Numbered from the stretch's first letter, positions 1-10,194 are shown. The stretch: 64,000 nt of DNA from Candidatus Binatia bacterium (GCA_963664395.2 OY761159.2:32001-96000); one strand, 5' to 3'. The notes: generated from the sequence alone by a model not told the origin. Translations and numbers: made by a program.

Positions 1-1878
1 CGGGCAGTGGAGGACCAGGCGACTGTGCCGCTGTACTACGACGCTCGGGGCGACACGCTGGGCGTGGCCATCGGCGATCTGAACGAGCGCATCGCCGATA
101 CGCTGGAGGAGTTGGAGACCGACGACATCGACACAGAGCAGCGGCTGGAGCAGGAACTGAAGCGCGATTATCACATCATCACAGCGGAAAAGCGGCTCGA
201 CCAGGTGGCACGCGACTTCGTGCAGCACTACTCCACGGCCTGGGAGACGGGTAAGGCCATGCTGGTGTGCATTGATAAGATCACCTGCGTGCGGATGCAC
301 AGGCTGATCGAGTTCTACTGGCAAGAGCGCATCAAGGAATTGACCGCGGAAAAGTCGAAGACCGACGACGAGCAGGAGGCGATTTACCGACAACGGCAAA
401 TCGACTGGATGCACGAGACCCGTGCGGCGGTAGTGGTGAGCGAGGAGCAGGGCGAGGTGGAGAAGTTTCGCAAATGGGAATTGGACATCACCCCGCATCG
501 CCGCCTCATCAAGGAGGGCATGGACCTGCCCGAATCCATGCGCAGCCAGCCGCGGTTCCACAACATGCAGAGGATGGCGTTGGACGAGGCGTTCAAGGAA
601 GAAGACCACCCCTTCCGCATCGCCATTGTGTGCGCCATGTGGTTAACCGGTTTCGACGTGCCCAGCCTGTCCACGCTGTATCTCGACAAGCCGCTCAAAG
701 CCCACACACTGATGCAGGCCATCGCCCGCGCCAACCGGATCAACGAGGGCAAGAACAACGGCCTGATCGTGGACTACTGCGGCGTACTCAAGCACCTGCG
801 CGCGGCCCTGGCAACGTTTGCCGGCACGCAGCCCGACAGTGGCAGAGAGATTGACCCGGCCAGACCCAATGAAGAACTGCTGGCCGACCTGGCCGAAGCG
901 ATTGCCTTTGTGCGGGTCTTCCTCAACGAGCGGGGTGCGACGCTGGACGACGTGATCCGAACGTCCGGTTTCGAGCGTAACGCCGCCATTGTGGCGTGCA
1001 AGGAGGCGGCCAATGAGAACGACGAAACCCGTAAGCACTTCGAGGTCCTATGCCGGGAGGTGTTCAAGAAGTTCCGGGCCTGCCTGAACGTATCGGGCGT
1101 GAACATCTACCGCGACGAGCGTGATGCCGTCAACATCGTGTACAAGAGCCTGCAACAGGATCGCGAGCGGGCCGACATCAGCGACATCATCCGCAAGCTG
1201 CATCAAGTGGTGGACGAGGCCATCGAGGTTCGGGCCGACTCCGTAAAAGAAGCACAGGAGCCGTACGACCTTAGTCGGATTGATTTCGGGCGGCTCAAGC
1301 GGGAGTTTGAGCACAGCCCGACAAAGAACACCACCGTCCAAAACCTGCGCCACAGTGTGGAAAACCGGCTCCGACGTTTAATGCAGCAGAACCCGTTGCG
1401 GACCGACTTTCAGCAGCACTATGAAGAGATCGTTGCCGAGTACAACCGCGAGAAGGACCGGGTGGCCATTGAGCAGACCTTTGAGGCATTGTTCAAGCTA
1501 GTGCGGGAACTGGACGAAGAAGAAAACCGGTGGGTTCGTGAGGGCCTGGACAAGGAATCACTGGCGATCTTCGATCTGTTGAAGAAACCCGCGCTCGGCC
1601 CGGCCGAGATCAAGCAGATCAAGGCAGTGGCGCGCGACCTGCTGGAAAAACTGAAGGCCGAGAAATTACGAATCGACCAGTGGCAGGACAAGGAAGCCAC
1701 CCGCGACGCGGTGCGGGTTGTTATCCGTGATTTTCTCTACAGTGACGAGACCGGCTTGCCGGAGAGCAGCTACAGCGAAGCCGATGTGGGAACAAAGACC
1801 GAGGACGTCTTTCACCACGTCTACCGAGTCTACCCTATGCTCCCCTCGCCATATTACGAAACCGTCGCAGCAGCCTGA
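1..1878 (+). CDS. hsdR: Type I restriction endonuclease subunit R, 5'-partial (helicase C-terminal part plus DUF3387-like tail)
   Basis: The frame is open from base 1. Motifs: VPLYYDAR, MWLTGFDVPSLSTLYLDKP (helicase motif V), QAIARANR (motif VI), GLIVDYCG. Confidence 0.9.
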   Translation, partial: RAVEDQATVPLYYDARGDTLGVAIGDLNERIADTLEELETDDIDTEQRLEQELKRDYHIITAEKRLDQVARDFVQHYSTAWETGKAMLVCIDKITCVRMHRLIEFYWQERIKELTAEKSKTDDEQEAIYRQRQIDWMHETRAAVVVSEEQGEVEKFRKWELDITPHRRLIKEGMDLPESMRSQPRFHNMQRMALDEAFKEEDHPFRIAIVCAMWLTGFDVPSLSTLYLDKPLKAHTLMQAIARANRINEGKNNGLIVDYCGVLKHLRAALATFAGTQPDSGREIDPARPNEELLADLAEAIAFVRVFLNERGATLDDVIRTSGFERNAAIVACKEAANENDETRKHFEVLCREVFKKFRACLNVSGVNIYRDERDAVNIVYKSLQQDRERADISDIIRKLHQVVDEAIEVRADSVKEAQEPYDLSRIDFGRLKREFEHSPTKNTTVQNLRHSVENRLRRLMQQNPLRTDFQQHYEEIVAEYNREKDRVAIEQTFEALFKLVRELDEEENRWVREGLDKESLAIFDLLKKPALGPAEIKQIKAVARDLLEKLKAEKLRIDQWQDKEATRDAVRVVIRDFLYSDETGLPESSYSEADVGTKTEDVFHHVYRVYPMLPSPYYETVAAA

Positions 1879-1890
1879 CCCACACGAATG

Positions 1891-1919
1891 TTGAGGTACT
1901 TGCTTTAGGCCCGTATAAT
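1891..1919 (+). promoter_or_regulatory. sigma70-like promoter for the 1976 gene
   Basis: TTGAGG-17 nt-TATAAT, with a GGAGG RBS upstream of ATG 1976. Confidence 0.55.
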
Positions 1920-1975
1920 CCACAGACTTTGTATGCGGCGTTCGATAACACTATTCCAGCCACAAGGGAGGCCCC

Positions 1976-2341
1976 ATGCAACAGGACAAGAGCGAAATCA
2001 AAGGGTTCCACGCGCATGTGTATTATGATGAGTCCAGCCGTGCGACTGCGGCGGGCATACGCGAAGCCGTCAGCGATCAATTCGAGGTCGAGATGGGCCG
2101 TTGGCGCGACGAGCCGGTGGGGCCGCATCCGCAAGCCATGTATCAGGTCGCCTTTCAGCCGGAACAGTTTGAGACCCTCGTTCCCTGGTTGATGTTGAAT
2201 CATTCCGGCCTCAACGTCCTTATCCACCCACGGACTGACGACGATGTGGCCGACCATTCGCACCGCGCCCTGTGGCTTGGGGAAAGACTTGAGTTGAACA
2301 TTCAGTTTTTGCGCGACCTGGAAAAGAAGGAAAAGAAATAG
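1976..2341 (+). CDS. DOPA 4,5-dioxygenase family protein
   Basis: Motifs FHAHVYYD, PVGPHP, WLMLNHSGLNVLIHP, DHSHRALWLG. Confidence 0.88.
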   Translation: MQQDKSEIKGFHAHVYYDESSRATAAGIREAVSDQFEVEMGRWRDEPVGPHPQAMYQVAFQPEQFETLVPWLMLNHSGLNVLIHPRTDDDVADHSHRALWLGERLELNIQFLRDLEKKEKK

Positions 2342-2348
2342 GGATGGA

Positions 2349-2606
2349 ATGACATGCGGCTCGGCGCAATCATCGGTCTCTTATCCTCGCAGCCCCATTT
2401 GCGAGATGTTTGGTATTGAGTTTCCCCTGATTGCCTTTACCCACTGTCGAGACGTTGTGGTAGCGGTCTCCAAGGCGGGCGGCATGGGGGTGTTTGGCGC
2501 GGTCGCCCATCCGCCGGATCGCCTGGAAGAAGAGTTGTGTCGGACTGATGAATCGCCAGATGTCCGCCGCGGCCGTAGTCCAAGAGTTCAAAGAAGATTT
2601 TTTTAA
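2349..2606 (+). pseudogene. truncated nitronate monooxygenase-family fragment
   Basis: RSPICEMFGIEFPLIAFTHCRDVVVAVSKAGGMGVFGA is the N-terminus of an NMO/2-nitropropane dioxygenase. Similarity stops after about 50 aa. Confidence 0.7.
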
Positions 2607-2667
2607 GGCCTTCGTGCGCCTGTCTGACGCACTCGAAGCAGAATAATGTACTCACCTGGAGGATGCG

Positions 2668-3141
2668 ATGTCTGCCTTTTCTACACTGCTTATTATACTC
2701 GCGTTCAGCCTGGCCGGACTCATTCCGGGTATGGTCCGGACGGCAGCAGCCCTGGATAGCAACACGATTGCTCAGCTCCAGACGGCAAAGGAGATCTATG
2801 TTTCCACCACACGCAAGAGCGGCGAGTGGAGCAGCGCGGCGCCGGTCTGGTTCTGGTATGCCGATGAGGTGATCTATCTCACTGCCTCACCAACCTCGTA
2901 CAAAGCCAAGCGCATTATGAATGGTCGCAACGCAGTGCGTATCGCCGTCGGAGGGAAAGGCGGTCCTACGTTTACCGGCAAAGCCGAGATTTTTACGGAC
3001 GCGGCTATCGTCGAACGCATGGGTGAAGCCTATAACAACAAATACTGGCTTGCCTGGTTGGGCTTTGCGCGGCCACGTGTTAGCCGTGTGGAGTCGGGCA
3101 AGACCGTAGCCATCAAAGTCACACCGGATACCACACAGTAA
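2668..3141 (+). CDS. split beta-barrel (PNPOx/FDOR, DUF2255-like) protein with predicted signal peptide
   Basis: STTRKSGEWSSAAPVWF...YKAKRI motif, a hydrophobic N-terminus ending AAA, and a GGAGG RBS. Confidence 0.65.
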   Translation: MSAFSTLLIILAFSLAGLIPGMVRTAAALDSNTIAQLQTAKEIYVSTTRKSGEWSSAAPVWFWYADEVIYLTASPTSYKAKRIMNGRNAVRIAVGGKGGPTFTGKAEIFTDAAIVERMGEAYNNKYWLAWLGFARPRVSRVESGKTVAIKVTPDTTQ

Positions 3142-3159
3142 GGAAAGGAAGGGAAAGCC

Positions 3160-4329
3160 ATGCAACAGATTGATGCCGTTTTGAACCAGGCTGTGGAGTC
3201 CGGAGATATTCCAGGCGTGGTGGCCATGGTCGCCACTGACTCGGGGCCGGTGTACGAGGGCGCATTTGGGACGCGCAAGCTCAATGCCGGACCCGCCATG
3301 ACAACCGACACCGTCTTTCGCATCGCGTCCATGACCAAAGCGGTTGCCTCGGTCGCGGCCATGCAACTCTACGAGCAGGGGAAATTCGGCCTTGATCAGC
3401 CCTTGGGCGAAATCATGCCAGCCCTCGCTCAGCTTGAGGTGCTGGACGGATTTGATGCCGCCGGACAACCGCAACTCCGTCCGGCCAAACGGCCCGTCAC
3501 CGCCCGTCAGCTTTTGACCCATACGGCCGGGTTTGGCTATGAGATCTGGAATCCCGGCCTGGGCCAATACCAGGCAGCAAGCGGGAAACCGGGTATTGCC
3601 AGTGGTAAAAAATCCGCGCTGCACATGCCGCTGGTGAGTGATCCGGGAGAACGCTGGGAATATGGGATTAATACGGATTGGGTCGGTCAACTGGTTGAGG
3701 CGATAAGCGGCCAAACGCTGGGCGACTATCTGGCCCGGCATGTTTTTGAGCCGCTGGGAATGACGGATACCGGCTTTGTGCGTTCCGCCGAGCAGGAGGC
3801 CCGCACCGTCAGCGTCCACCAGCGGAGTGAAGAGGGAACACTCACACCGGCAGAGATTGAGTTGGTTACTCCCGACGCGGAATACCAGAGTGGCGGCCAT
3901 GGCCTGAGCTCCACCGCCGCAGACTATCTGGCTTTTGTCCAGATGATCCTCAAGGGCGGCAGCCATAATGGGCAGCAGCTCCTCAAGCCCGAGACGGTTG
4001 CTCTGATGTCAGAGAACCATATTGGCAATCTCGCTGCCGGAGACATGACCACCGCCATCCCGCCGCTCTCCAATAATGTGCAATTCTCTCCTGGTGTCGT
4101 GCATAAACACGGCCTGGGATTTTTGATTAATACCAGCGCTCTCCCAGGTGCACGTTCGGCTGGCAGCCTGAGCTGGGCCGGCATCTTCAACTCGTATTAC
4201 TGGATTGATCCTGCCAAGCGAGTCGCCGGCGTCATCATGATGCAGATTTTGCCCTTTTGCGATGTCAAAGCAATTCCCGTGTATGAACGCTTTGAACACG
4301 CGACGTATCAGTCTCTAGGCTTGCTTTAG
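3160..4329 (+). CDS. beta-lactamase-family serine hydrolase (class C-like esterase)
   Basis: SMTK (SxxK), LLTHTAG, WEYGINTD and LSWAG motifs. Confidence 0.9.
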   Translation: MQQIDAVLNQAVESGDIPGVVAMVATDSGPVYEGAFGTRKLNAGPAMTTDTVFRIASMTKAVASVAAMQLYEQGKFGLDQPLGEIMPALAQLEVLDGFDAAGQPQLRPAKRPVTARQLLTHTAGFGYEIWNPGLGQYQAASGKPGIASGKKSALHMPLVSDPGERWEYGINTDWVGQLVEAISGQTLGDYLARHVFEPLGMTDTGFVRSAEQEARTVSVHQRSEEGTLTPAEIELVTPDAEYQSGGHGLSSTAADYLAFVQMILKGGSHNGQQLLKPETVALMSENHIGNLAAGDMTTAIPPLSNNVQFSPGVVHKHGLGFLINTSALPGARSAGSLSWAGIFNSYYWIDPAKRVAGVIMMQILPFCDVKAIPVYERFEHATYQSLGLL

Positions 4330-4506
4330 ACTTGCTTTAGACTTAGTCCGGGCTTGCGCTGATATGTCGCTCATTGAGCCCTACCGGAGAGTCGGCTATG
4401 GTTTTCTTACGTTGTTCGATTGTAGCGTGTCTCATCACACTGGGCTGAATCGGGAGCATGACCAGCAGGTAGATGTCCGGCCGGCCCAGGAACTGGAGGA
4501 AAGAGT

Positions 4507-5712
4507 ATGGAACGCCCTTTACGTTTTGGAATTTTTATGGCTCCGTTTCACCCCCCGGGCCAAAACCCAACGCTTGCCCTTGAACGTGACCTGGAACTGA
4601 TCGTGCGGCTCGATGAGCTGGGCTTTGACGAAGCCTGGATCGGCGAACACCATTCAGCCGGCTTGGAGATCATTGCCTCGCCGGAAGTCTTTATTGCTGC
4701 GGCAGCCGCGCGCACCAAGAACATTCGCTTGGGGACGGGCGTCAGCTCCCTGCCCTACCACCATCCGTTGATTCTCGCCGACCGCATAGTGCAGCTCGAC
4801 CATATGACGCGCGGGCGCACCATGTTCGGTGTCGGTCCGGGGGCCCTGCCGTCGGATGCATATATGATGGGCATACCGCCTGACAGTCAGCGGATACGCA
4901 TGGAAGAGTCGCTCGGCGCCATTATGCAGCTTTTGACCTCGGATGAACCGGTCAACCTGGAAACGGACTGGTTCACACTGAAAGATGCCCGCCTCCAGCT
5001 CCGGCCGTACACCTACCCTCATTTTGAGGTTGCGGTAGCCGCAACCGTGTCGCCCGCCGGCCCACGGACGGCGGGACGCTACGGTGCCGGCCTGCTCTCA
5101 CTGGGCGCGACCAGCATGGGCGGTTTTGCCGTTCTGGGCGACCACTGGAAAGTCTGGAATGACCAGGCCCAGGCATACGGTCATACGGTTGATCGGGCAG
5201 ACTGGCGTTTAGTTGGCCCGATGCATATTGCCCCGACCCGCGAGCAGGCCTTCAAAGAGGTTGAATATGGCATTTATGACTGGGTTGATTACTTCCAGAA
5301 TGTCGTTGCCCTGCCCCTCGCACCCGCGGAAAAAGATCCTCGCAAATGGCCCCAGGCATTGGTCGAATCGGGAACGGCCGTCATCGGTACGCCGGACGAT
5401 GCGGTTGCTCAGCTCGAACGGCTGACACAGCAGTCAGGTGGCTTCGGCTGCTATATGCTGATGGCCAATGACTGGGCCGAACGGCGGGCCTGCCTCAATT
5501 CCTACGAGTTATTGGCAAAAGAAGTCTTCCCGCATGTTCAGGGTTCTGCCGAGCGAGCCGTGTCTTCCAGAGAGTGGTGCCGGACAGACCACGACAGCTT
5601 GATTGGCGGAGCGATGAATGCCGTGGCAAAAGAAATCGAGCGGTACGAAAAAGATACCGGCTATCGCCTAGCCATCGCCGATATAGTCCAAGGACAGCCT
5701 AACGCAAAGTAG
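4507..5712 (+). CDS. LLM-class flavin-dependent monooxygenase (limonene monooxygenase-like)
   Basis: FGIFMAPFH, GFDEAWIGEHHS, IRLGTGV and DHMTRGR motifs. Confidence 0.9.
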   Translation: MERPLRFGIFMAPFHPPGQNPTLALERDLELIVRLDELGFDEAWIGEHHSAGLEIIASPEVFIAAAAARTKNIRLGTGVSSLPYHHPLILADRIVQLDHMTRGRTMFGVGPGALPSDAYMMGIPPDSQRIRMEESLGAIMQLLTSDEPVNLETDWFTLKDARLQLRPYTYPHFEVAVAATVSPAGPRTAGRYGAGLLSLGATSMGGFAVLGDHWKVWNDQAQAYGHTVDRADWRLVGPMHIAPTREQAFKEVEYGIYDWVDYFQNVVALPLAPAEKDPRKWPQALVESGTAVIGTPDDAVAQLERLTQQSGGFGCYMLMANDWAERRACLNSYELLAKEVFPHVQGSAERAVSSREWCRTDHDSLIGGAMNAVAKEIERYEKDTGYRLAIADIVQGQPNAK

Positions 5713-5721
5713 GCAGAGACA

Positions 5722-5749
5722 CCCTAGCCCTCTCCCGCTGGGAGAGGGT
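5722..5749. repeat. CCCTCTCCC-N-GGGAGAGGG intergenic palindromic repeat
   Basis: ccctctccc-gct-gggagaggg; the same core occurs at 34864 and 58381. Confidence 0.6.
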
Positions 5750-5923
5750 GAAAAGACCTCATACGACAAACTAAAACTACTATAAGGCGTGATCGGTGCT
5801 CCATGCCGTCTCTGTATGCTGACCATCTCACTGTTAGAGACGGACGTGCTCACTACTTTGCCATAAACAAGTTAATAGTGGGGGTGAGTGTTCTGACCCG
5901 ACGGACAGCAGAGGCACGCCGGC

Positions 5924-7381
5924 TTACTCCCGCCCATTCAGATAGTCAGGCAGACGCGCGGCCTTATAGGTCTTGGCTGATTCGAGCTGTTCTTCGGTCA
6001 GTCCCTGCACCCCACTTAAATCGGCACCGGTTAAATTTGCCCCGGCCAGGTCGGCTTCGTGCAGGTCTGCTCGTTGCAGCGAACTGCCGGTCATGTCGGC
6101 TCCGGTGAGAATGGCATAGCGCAGGATGGCTCCACTCAGATCAGCCCCGTTCAGATCAGCGCCTTCCAAGGTCACGCCTGCCAGGGCGGCATCACGCAGG
6201 TTTGCGCCGGCCAGGCGAACTACCTTACCTTTCTTGTTGACGATATCCCAGACCAGACGCCATTTCGCGTCCAGCATAGTCCGGTCGTCAATTTTTGCGC
6301 CAGACAACTCGGCGCCCGCCATATTAGCACCCGTCAGATTGGCGCCCTTCAAATTGGCGCCGCTGAAGTCTGTCTGTCTTAATTCCGCCCCGCTCAGGTC
6401 AGCACCTTCCAAAGTCGCGCCCACCAGATTGGTTTGAAACAGATCTGCGCCAACAAGTTTTGCCTGGCTCAGGTTGGTTTGAAACAGATGAGCCTTATGC
6501 AAGTTCGCCGCTTTGAGGTTCGCCCCCGCCAAGTTTGCGCCACGCAGTTTCGCCCCAATCAAATCCGCCTCTTCAAGGTCCGCCCCGTGCAGGTCCGCTT
6601 CTATGAGGCCGGCTCCAATAAGATCAACACCAACCAGAATGGCCCCAGGCAGTTTGATCCCTTCGAGCTTTGCTTCACGCAAGTCAGCGCCATACAGATT
6701 GGCTCCGGCAAGATTCGCCCCAATCAGATTGGTACGGTTCAGGTTCGTCCATTGTAAATTGACGTGCCCAAGATTGACGCCTTGGAGCTCGGCATCTGAC
6801 AAGTTGGCGTTCTGCAAGTCGGCCCGAGTTAATTGGGCATCCAGAAAATTGGCATAGCGCAAGTGAGTTCCAACCAGTCGCGTCCCGGTCAGATTCGCCC
6901 CACGCAGGTCGGCTTCGCTCAAATCCGCTTCTGAGAGATCAGCCTCCTGTAAGTTACTTCCACTCAAATCGGCCCGGACTAAACGGGCACCGCTCAGGCG
7001 TATTCCCTGGAGATTGAGCCCGCTCAGAGACAGGTTCTGACAGACTGTGTCTTCACAGGAAGAAAAGAAGCGCGCGGCCCAGCCCTCAAGAATACGGGCA
7101 TTCGGCGTTTCAGTTTCGGGAGCGCGCCACAGGAGGTCCACAAAACGAGGGGCGGATTGAACCTCCAGCCTACGGACCCTATCAAATATCTGCATGCCGG
7201 TTTCAAGTGCGCCCTTATTCTCCGCCCCGACCAGAGAGAAAAACGTGGCCTGTTGCAGGGCCGCGTACTGGACGGCCCGCTCGTGGCGGGCCAGCAAAAA
7301 AGCATACCTGCCCGTGTATGCGGCACTCAGCACGATCAGGCCCAGGAGGCTCCAGGCAAGGGTTTTCACACCGATGGTCAT
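5924..7381 (-). CDS. membrane-anchored pentapeptide repeat protein
   Basis: Long A(D/N)LxX repeat tract preceded by an N-terminal hydrophobic helix. Confidence 0.9.
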   Translation of the reverse strand: MTIGVKTLAWSLLGLIVLSAAYTGRYAFLLARHERAVQYAALQQATFFSLVGAENKGALETGMQIFDRVRRLEVQSAPRFVDLLWRAPETETPNARILEGWAARFFSSCEDTVCQNLSLSGLNLQGIRLSGARLVRADLSGSNLQEADLSEADLSEADLRGANLTGTRLVGTHLRYANFLDAQLTRADLQNANLSDAELQGVNLGHVNLQWTNLNRTNLIGANLAGANLYGADLREAKLEGIKLPGAILVGVDLIGAGLIEADLHGADLEEADLIGAKLRGANLAGANLKAANLHKAHLFQTNLSQAKLVGADLFQTNLVGATLEGADLSGAELRQTDFSGANLKGANLTGANMAGAELSGAKIDDRTMLDAKWRLVWDIVNKKGKVVRLAGANLRDAALAGVTLEGADLNGADLSGAILRYAILTGADMTGSSLQRADLHEADLAGANLTGADLSGVQGLTEEQLESAKTYKAARLPDYLNGRE

Positions 7382-7401
7382 CGCAGATGAGAAATTGCCG
7401 T

Positions 7402-8313
7402 TCAGTTCAGCGAACCCAGGAAATCAACCGTTCGCTCAAAGGCCGTGTCATCGGCATGAAAGACAAAGGCACACAGGTCGGTTACTCCGATATCTTCCAA
7501 GCGCTTGACCTCATCTTTTATGACACCGGCGTCGCCGGCCAGAATCATGTCAACCGGAGCCTGGGCTCCACCTCGATCCAGCATGTCCCGGTAGGCCGGT
7601 AGTTGGCCATAAATAGCGAAGACCTTTGCCGCCACTTCGAGGGCGTTCTGCCGCTCATCGGTGACAGCCATAGGCACACCGGCAATGACGCGCGGCGCGG
7701 GTGCCCCGGCCGCTTGGGCCGCTGCGGTGATACGCGGTACGACATGTTCTTTGAGCGCCTTATGACCGGCCATCCAGGTAACGGTACCCTGGGCCTCACG
7801 TCCACACAGGTCAAGCATTTTTGGGCCGAGCGCGGCCAGCACGAGCGGGACCGGGTCGGCCCCCTGGACCGCGACCTCAAGATTTGCGCGATATTCTTCG
7901 CCTTGGTACTTCACCGCCTCGCCGCGCAATATCGGTTTCAAAACACTCAGATAGTCGCGCATATGCGCCATATGGCGGGTATACGACATGCCGAACATGC
8001 CCTCAATCACCATTTGATGCGACAGCCCGATTCCCAGCGTAAAACGGCCCTTGCACGCCGCTTGTGTCGTCAGAGCAGCCTGGCCCATCACCACGGGGTG
8101 GCGCGGATAGGTCGGCACGACAGCCGTTCCGAGTTCGATACGTGTGGTCTCTCGGCCCACCAAGGCGAGCAGATTAATGGCGTCGTGTGAGAAAATCTGC
8201 GCCAGCCAGCCAGTGTCGAGCCCGACCTCCTCAGCGCGCTGCGCCCGCCGAATCACTTCATCCATGCTGGGCGACTCGCCCGCCCCTTCGCCAATCATCA
8301 TACCAATACGCAT
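7402..8313 (-). CDS. F420-dependent LLM-class oxidoreductase
   Basis: Start taken at MRIGMMIG. Motifs IELGTAVVPTYPRHP, GRFTLGIGLSH, LAALGPKML. Confidence 0.85.
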   Translation of the reverse strand: MRIGMMIGEGAGESPSMDEVIRRAQRAEEVGLDTGWLAQIFSHDAINLLALVGRETTRIELGTAVVPTYPRHPVVMGQAALTTQAACKGRFTLGIGLSHQMVIEGMFGMSYTRHMAHMRDYLSVLKPILRGEAVKYQGEEYRANLEVAVQGADPVPLVLAALGPKMLDLCGREAQGTVTWMAGHKALKEHVVPRITAAAQAAGAPAPRVIAGVPMAVTDERQNALEVAAKVFAIYGQLPAYRDMLDRGGAQAPVDMILAGDAGVIKDEVKRLEDIGVTDLCAFVFHADDTAFERTVDFLGSLN

Positions 8314-8440
8314 CCGTGTGTCCTTTCTTCCGTGCGTTGACTTTTGCGATGCCCACACGAGATATATAGAGAAACACGAGAGCCGTCCATTCATGAACAG
8401 ATGAGATGACAGCAGCGAGATAACCAAAGGGAGAACTGAT

Positions 8441-9688
8441 ATGCCAGCGTCCAATCCAGACCGTTCAAAGCTACTCAGCGGCATCACCGTACTCGACTTT
8501 ACTCATGCCTTAGCCGGACCAACCTGCACCCGGATTCTGAGTGATCTTGGGGCCGAAGTCATCAAACTTGAGCCCGCGCCGAATGGGGAATTCGGTCGGA
8601 GTCTTTTTCTGGTCAATGGGGACCAGGGTTCGATGTTTCTCTATACCTGCGCCGGTAAGAAAAGCCTGTGCGTGGATCTGAAAAAGCCGGACGGAATGAA
8701 AATCGCCAAAGGACTGGTCGCCAAGGTGGACGTGATGGTTGAAAACTTTGCGCCCGGAGTCATGGCACGTCTCGGCCTGGACTATGAGAGTGTGGCCCGG
8801 ATCAATCCCAAGATCATCATGGCTTCCTGTTCGGGCTTTGGCCAGACCGGCCCGTTATCTAAGAACACCAGTTACGACATCATCGGACAGGCCATGAGCA
8901 GCGTCATGCACATGACCGGCGACCCGGACGGCCCGCCCCAGTACGTCGGCAATTATATTGGAGATACCAACACCGGCGTGCATGCCGCCCTGGCGGTGTG
9001 TGCGGCGCTCTTCTATCGGGACCGCAGCGGCAAAGGCCAGTTGATCGATATCGCCCAGGTTGATGCGCTCTTCTTCATGGATATGATCAACGTTCCCCTG
9101 TACGCCCTCACAAACGGTGAGCAAAACCCGAAGCGCTTTGGCGCGCACCACTTCGGGATTGCACCCCTCGGCGTCTTCAAAGGCAAAGAGGGCTATATCG
9201 TGCTCCAGGCGGTGGAGCATCAATTTCCCCAACTGGCAAAAGCCATGGGCCGAGAAGACCTGGTGACCGATCCGAAGTTCGGGACGAATGCGCAACGGCT
9301 CGAAAACCGGGACGAACTCGTAGCCATGATCGAAGCCTGGATACGGTCCTTCCCGAGCGATGACGAGGCACTGCAAGCGCTGGCGGAGGCCCGCATTCCC
9401 TGCGCGCCTATTCTCGATGTGGGCCAGGCCTTTAATCACCCTCACATCCGAGCGCGCGGCATGATCACTGAAGTCGAGCATCCCGTGTTTGGCCGGATGG
9501 AGATCACCAATACGCCCTTCGTCTTTTCTGAAACTCCACGCGAAGTTCAGGGTCCGGCGCCGCTCGTTGGCCAGCATAACGCGGCGATTCTCAGCACCCA
9601 TCTGGGCTATTCCGCACAAGAGATTGCCCGGCTCACTGAGGCCGGGGTTCTGGCTGAGGAAGAGCGGGTGAAGGAGCTGTCAGAGTAG
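8441..9688 (+). CDS. CaiB/BaiF class III CoA-transferase
   Basis: VLDFTHALAGP, LGAEVIKLE, DVMVENFAPG, SGFGQTGP and APLVGQHN motifs. Confidence 0.92.
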   Translation: MPASNPDRSKLLSGITVLDFTHALAGPTCTRILSDLGAEVIKLEPAPNGEFGRSLFLVNGDQGSMFLYTCAGKKSLCVDLKKPDGMKIAKGLVAKVDVMVENFAPGVMARLGLDYESVARINPKIIMASCSGFGQTGPLSKNTSYDIIGQAMSSVMHMTGDPDGPPQYVGNYIGDTNTGVHAALAVCAALFYRDRSGKGQLIDIAQVDALFFMDMINVPLYALTNGEQNPKRFGAHHFGIAPLGVFKGKEGYIVLQAVEHQFPQLAKAMGREDLVTDPKFGTNAQRLENRDELVAMIEAWIRSFPSDDEALQALAEARIPCAPILDVGQAFNHPHIRARGMITEVEHPVFGRMEITNTPFVFSETPREVQGPAPLVGQHNAAILSTHLGYSAQEIARLTEAGVLAEEERVKELSE

Positions 9689-9768
9689 AATACTGCATAA
9701 ATCTCTCCGGTCGGCATCGGATGGACGCGTATCTCACTGCAAGCTGCTTCTTATCGCTCGCCTAAGCC

Positions 9769-10194
9769 TCATTCTGGTACACTTTCCACCCAACAGAGAT
9801 GGGAGCCAAATTCACTACCATTGAGCGCATTGAAGAATTTCCTGTCCGCAGTGACCATTTCTCCCGTCAGCCTGATAGCGAGCGCCAAATAGAGGCAATC
9901 GTACAGACTGCGTTGAGTCAAATGAGCCAGATCGAAGGCGAGCGCTAAAGATTCTTCATCCGGATGAATGGACAAGGGAAGTCTTTGAAACAAGGCAAAT
10001 ATGGATTCACTTTCCGCAATCGTCACCTCGTTGCGTCTGACCTTTTTGCACAGGACGTTTCCAAATTCTACAATCGAGAATGCGGGGAGGTACAGTTGAT
10101 GAGTTGGGGCATGGAGCCGTAGGGCCGCCTCACTGTGGATTTCCGGTAAGAACCATTTAACGGCAACGCTGGTATCAACAACATAGGTGCTCAC
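9769..10194 (-). CDS. vapC: PIN-domain toxin, type II TA
   Basis: VVDTSVAVKW, YDCLYLALA and VTADRK motifs; 4-nt overlap with the antitoxin. Confidence 0.9.
   Translation of the reverse strand: MSTYVVDTSVAVKWFLPEIHSEAALRLHAPTHQLYLPAFSIVEFGNVLCKKVRRNEVTIAESESIFALFQRLPLSIHPDEESLALAFDLAHLTQRSLYDCLYLALAIRLTGEMVTADRKFFNALNGSEFGSHLCWVESVPE

Noticed and set aside
2887-3966. 359-aa antisense ORF and similar long shadow ORFs elsewhere (e.g. 8855-9619, 56557-57525)
   Set aside because: They mirror well-supported genes in GC-rich DNA and have no motifs.
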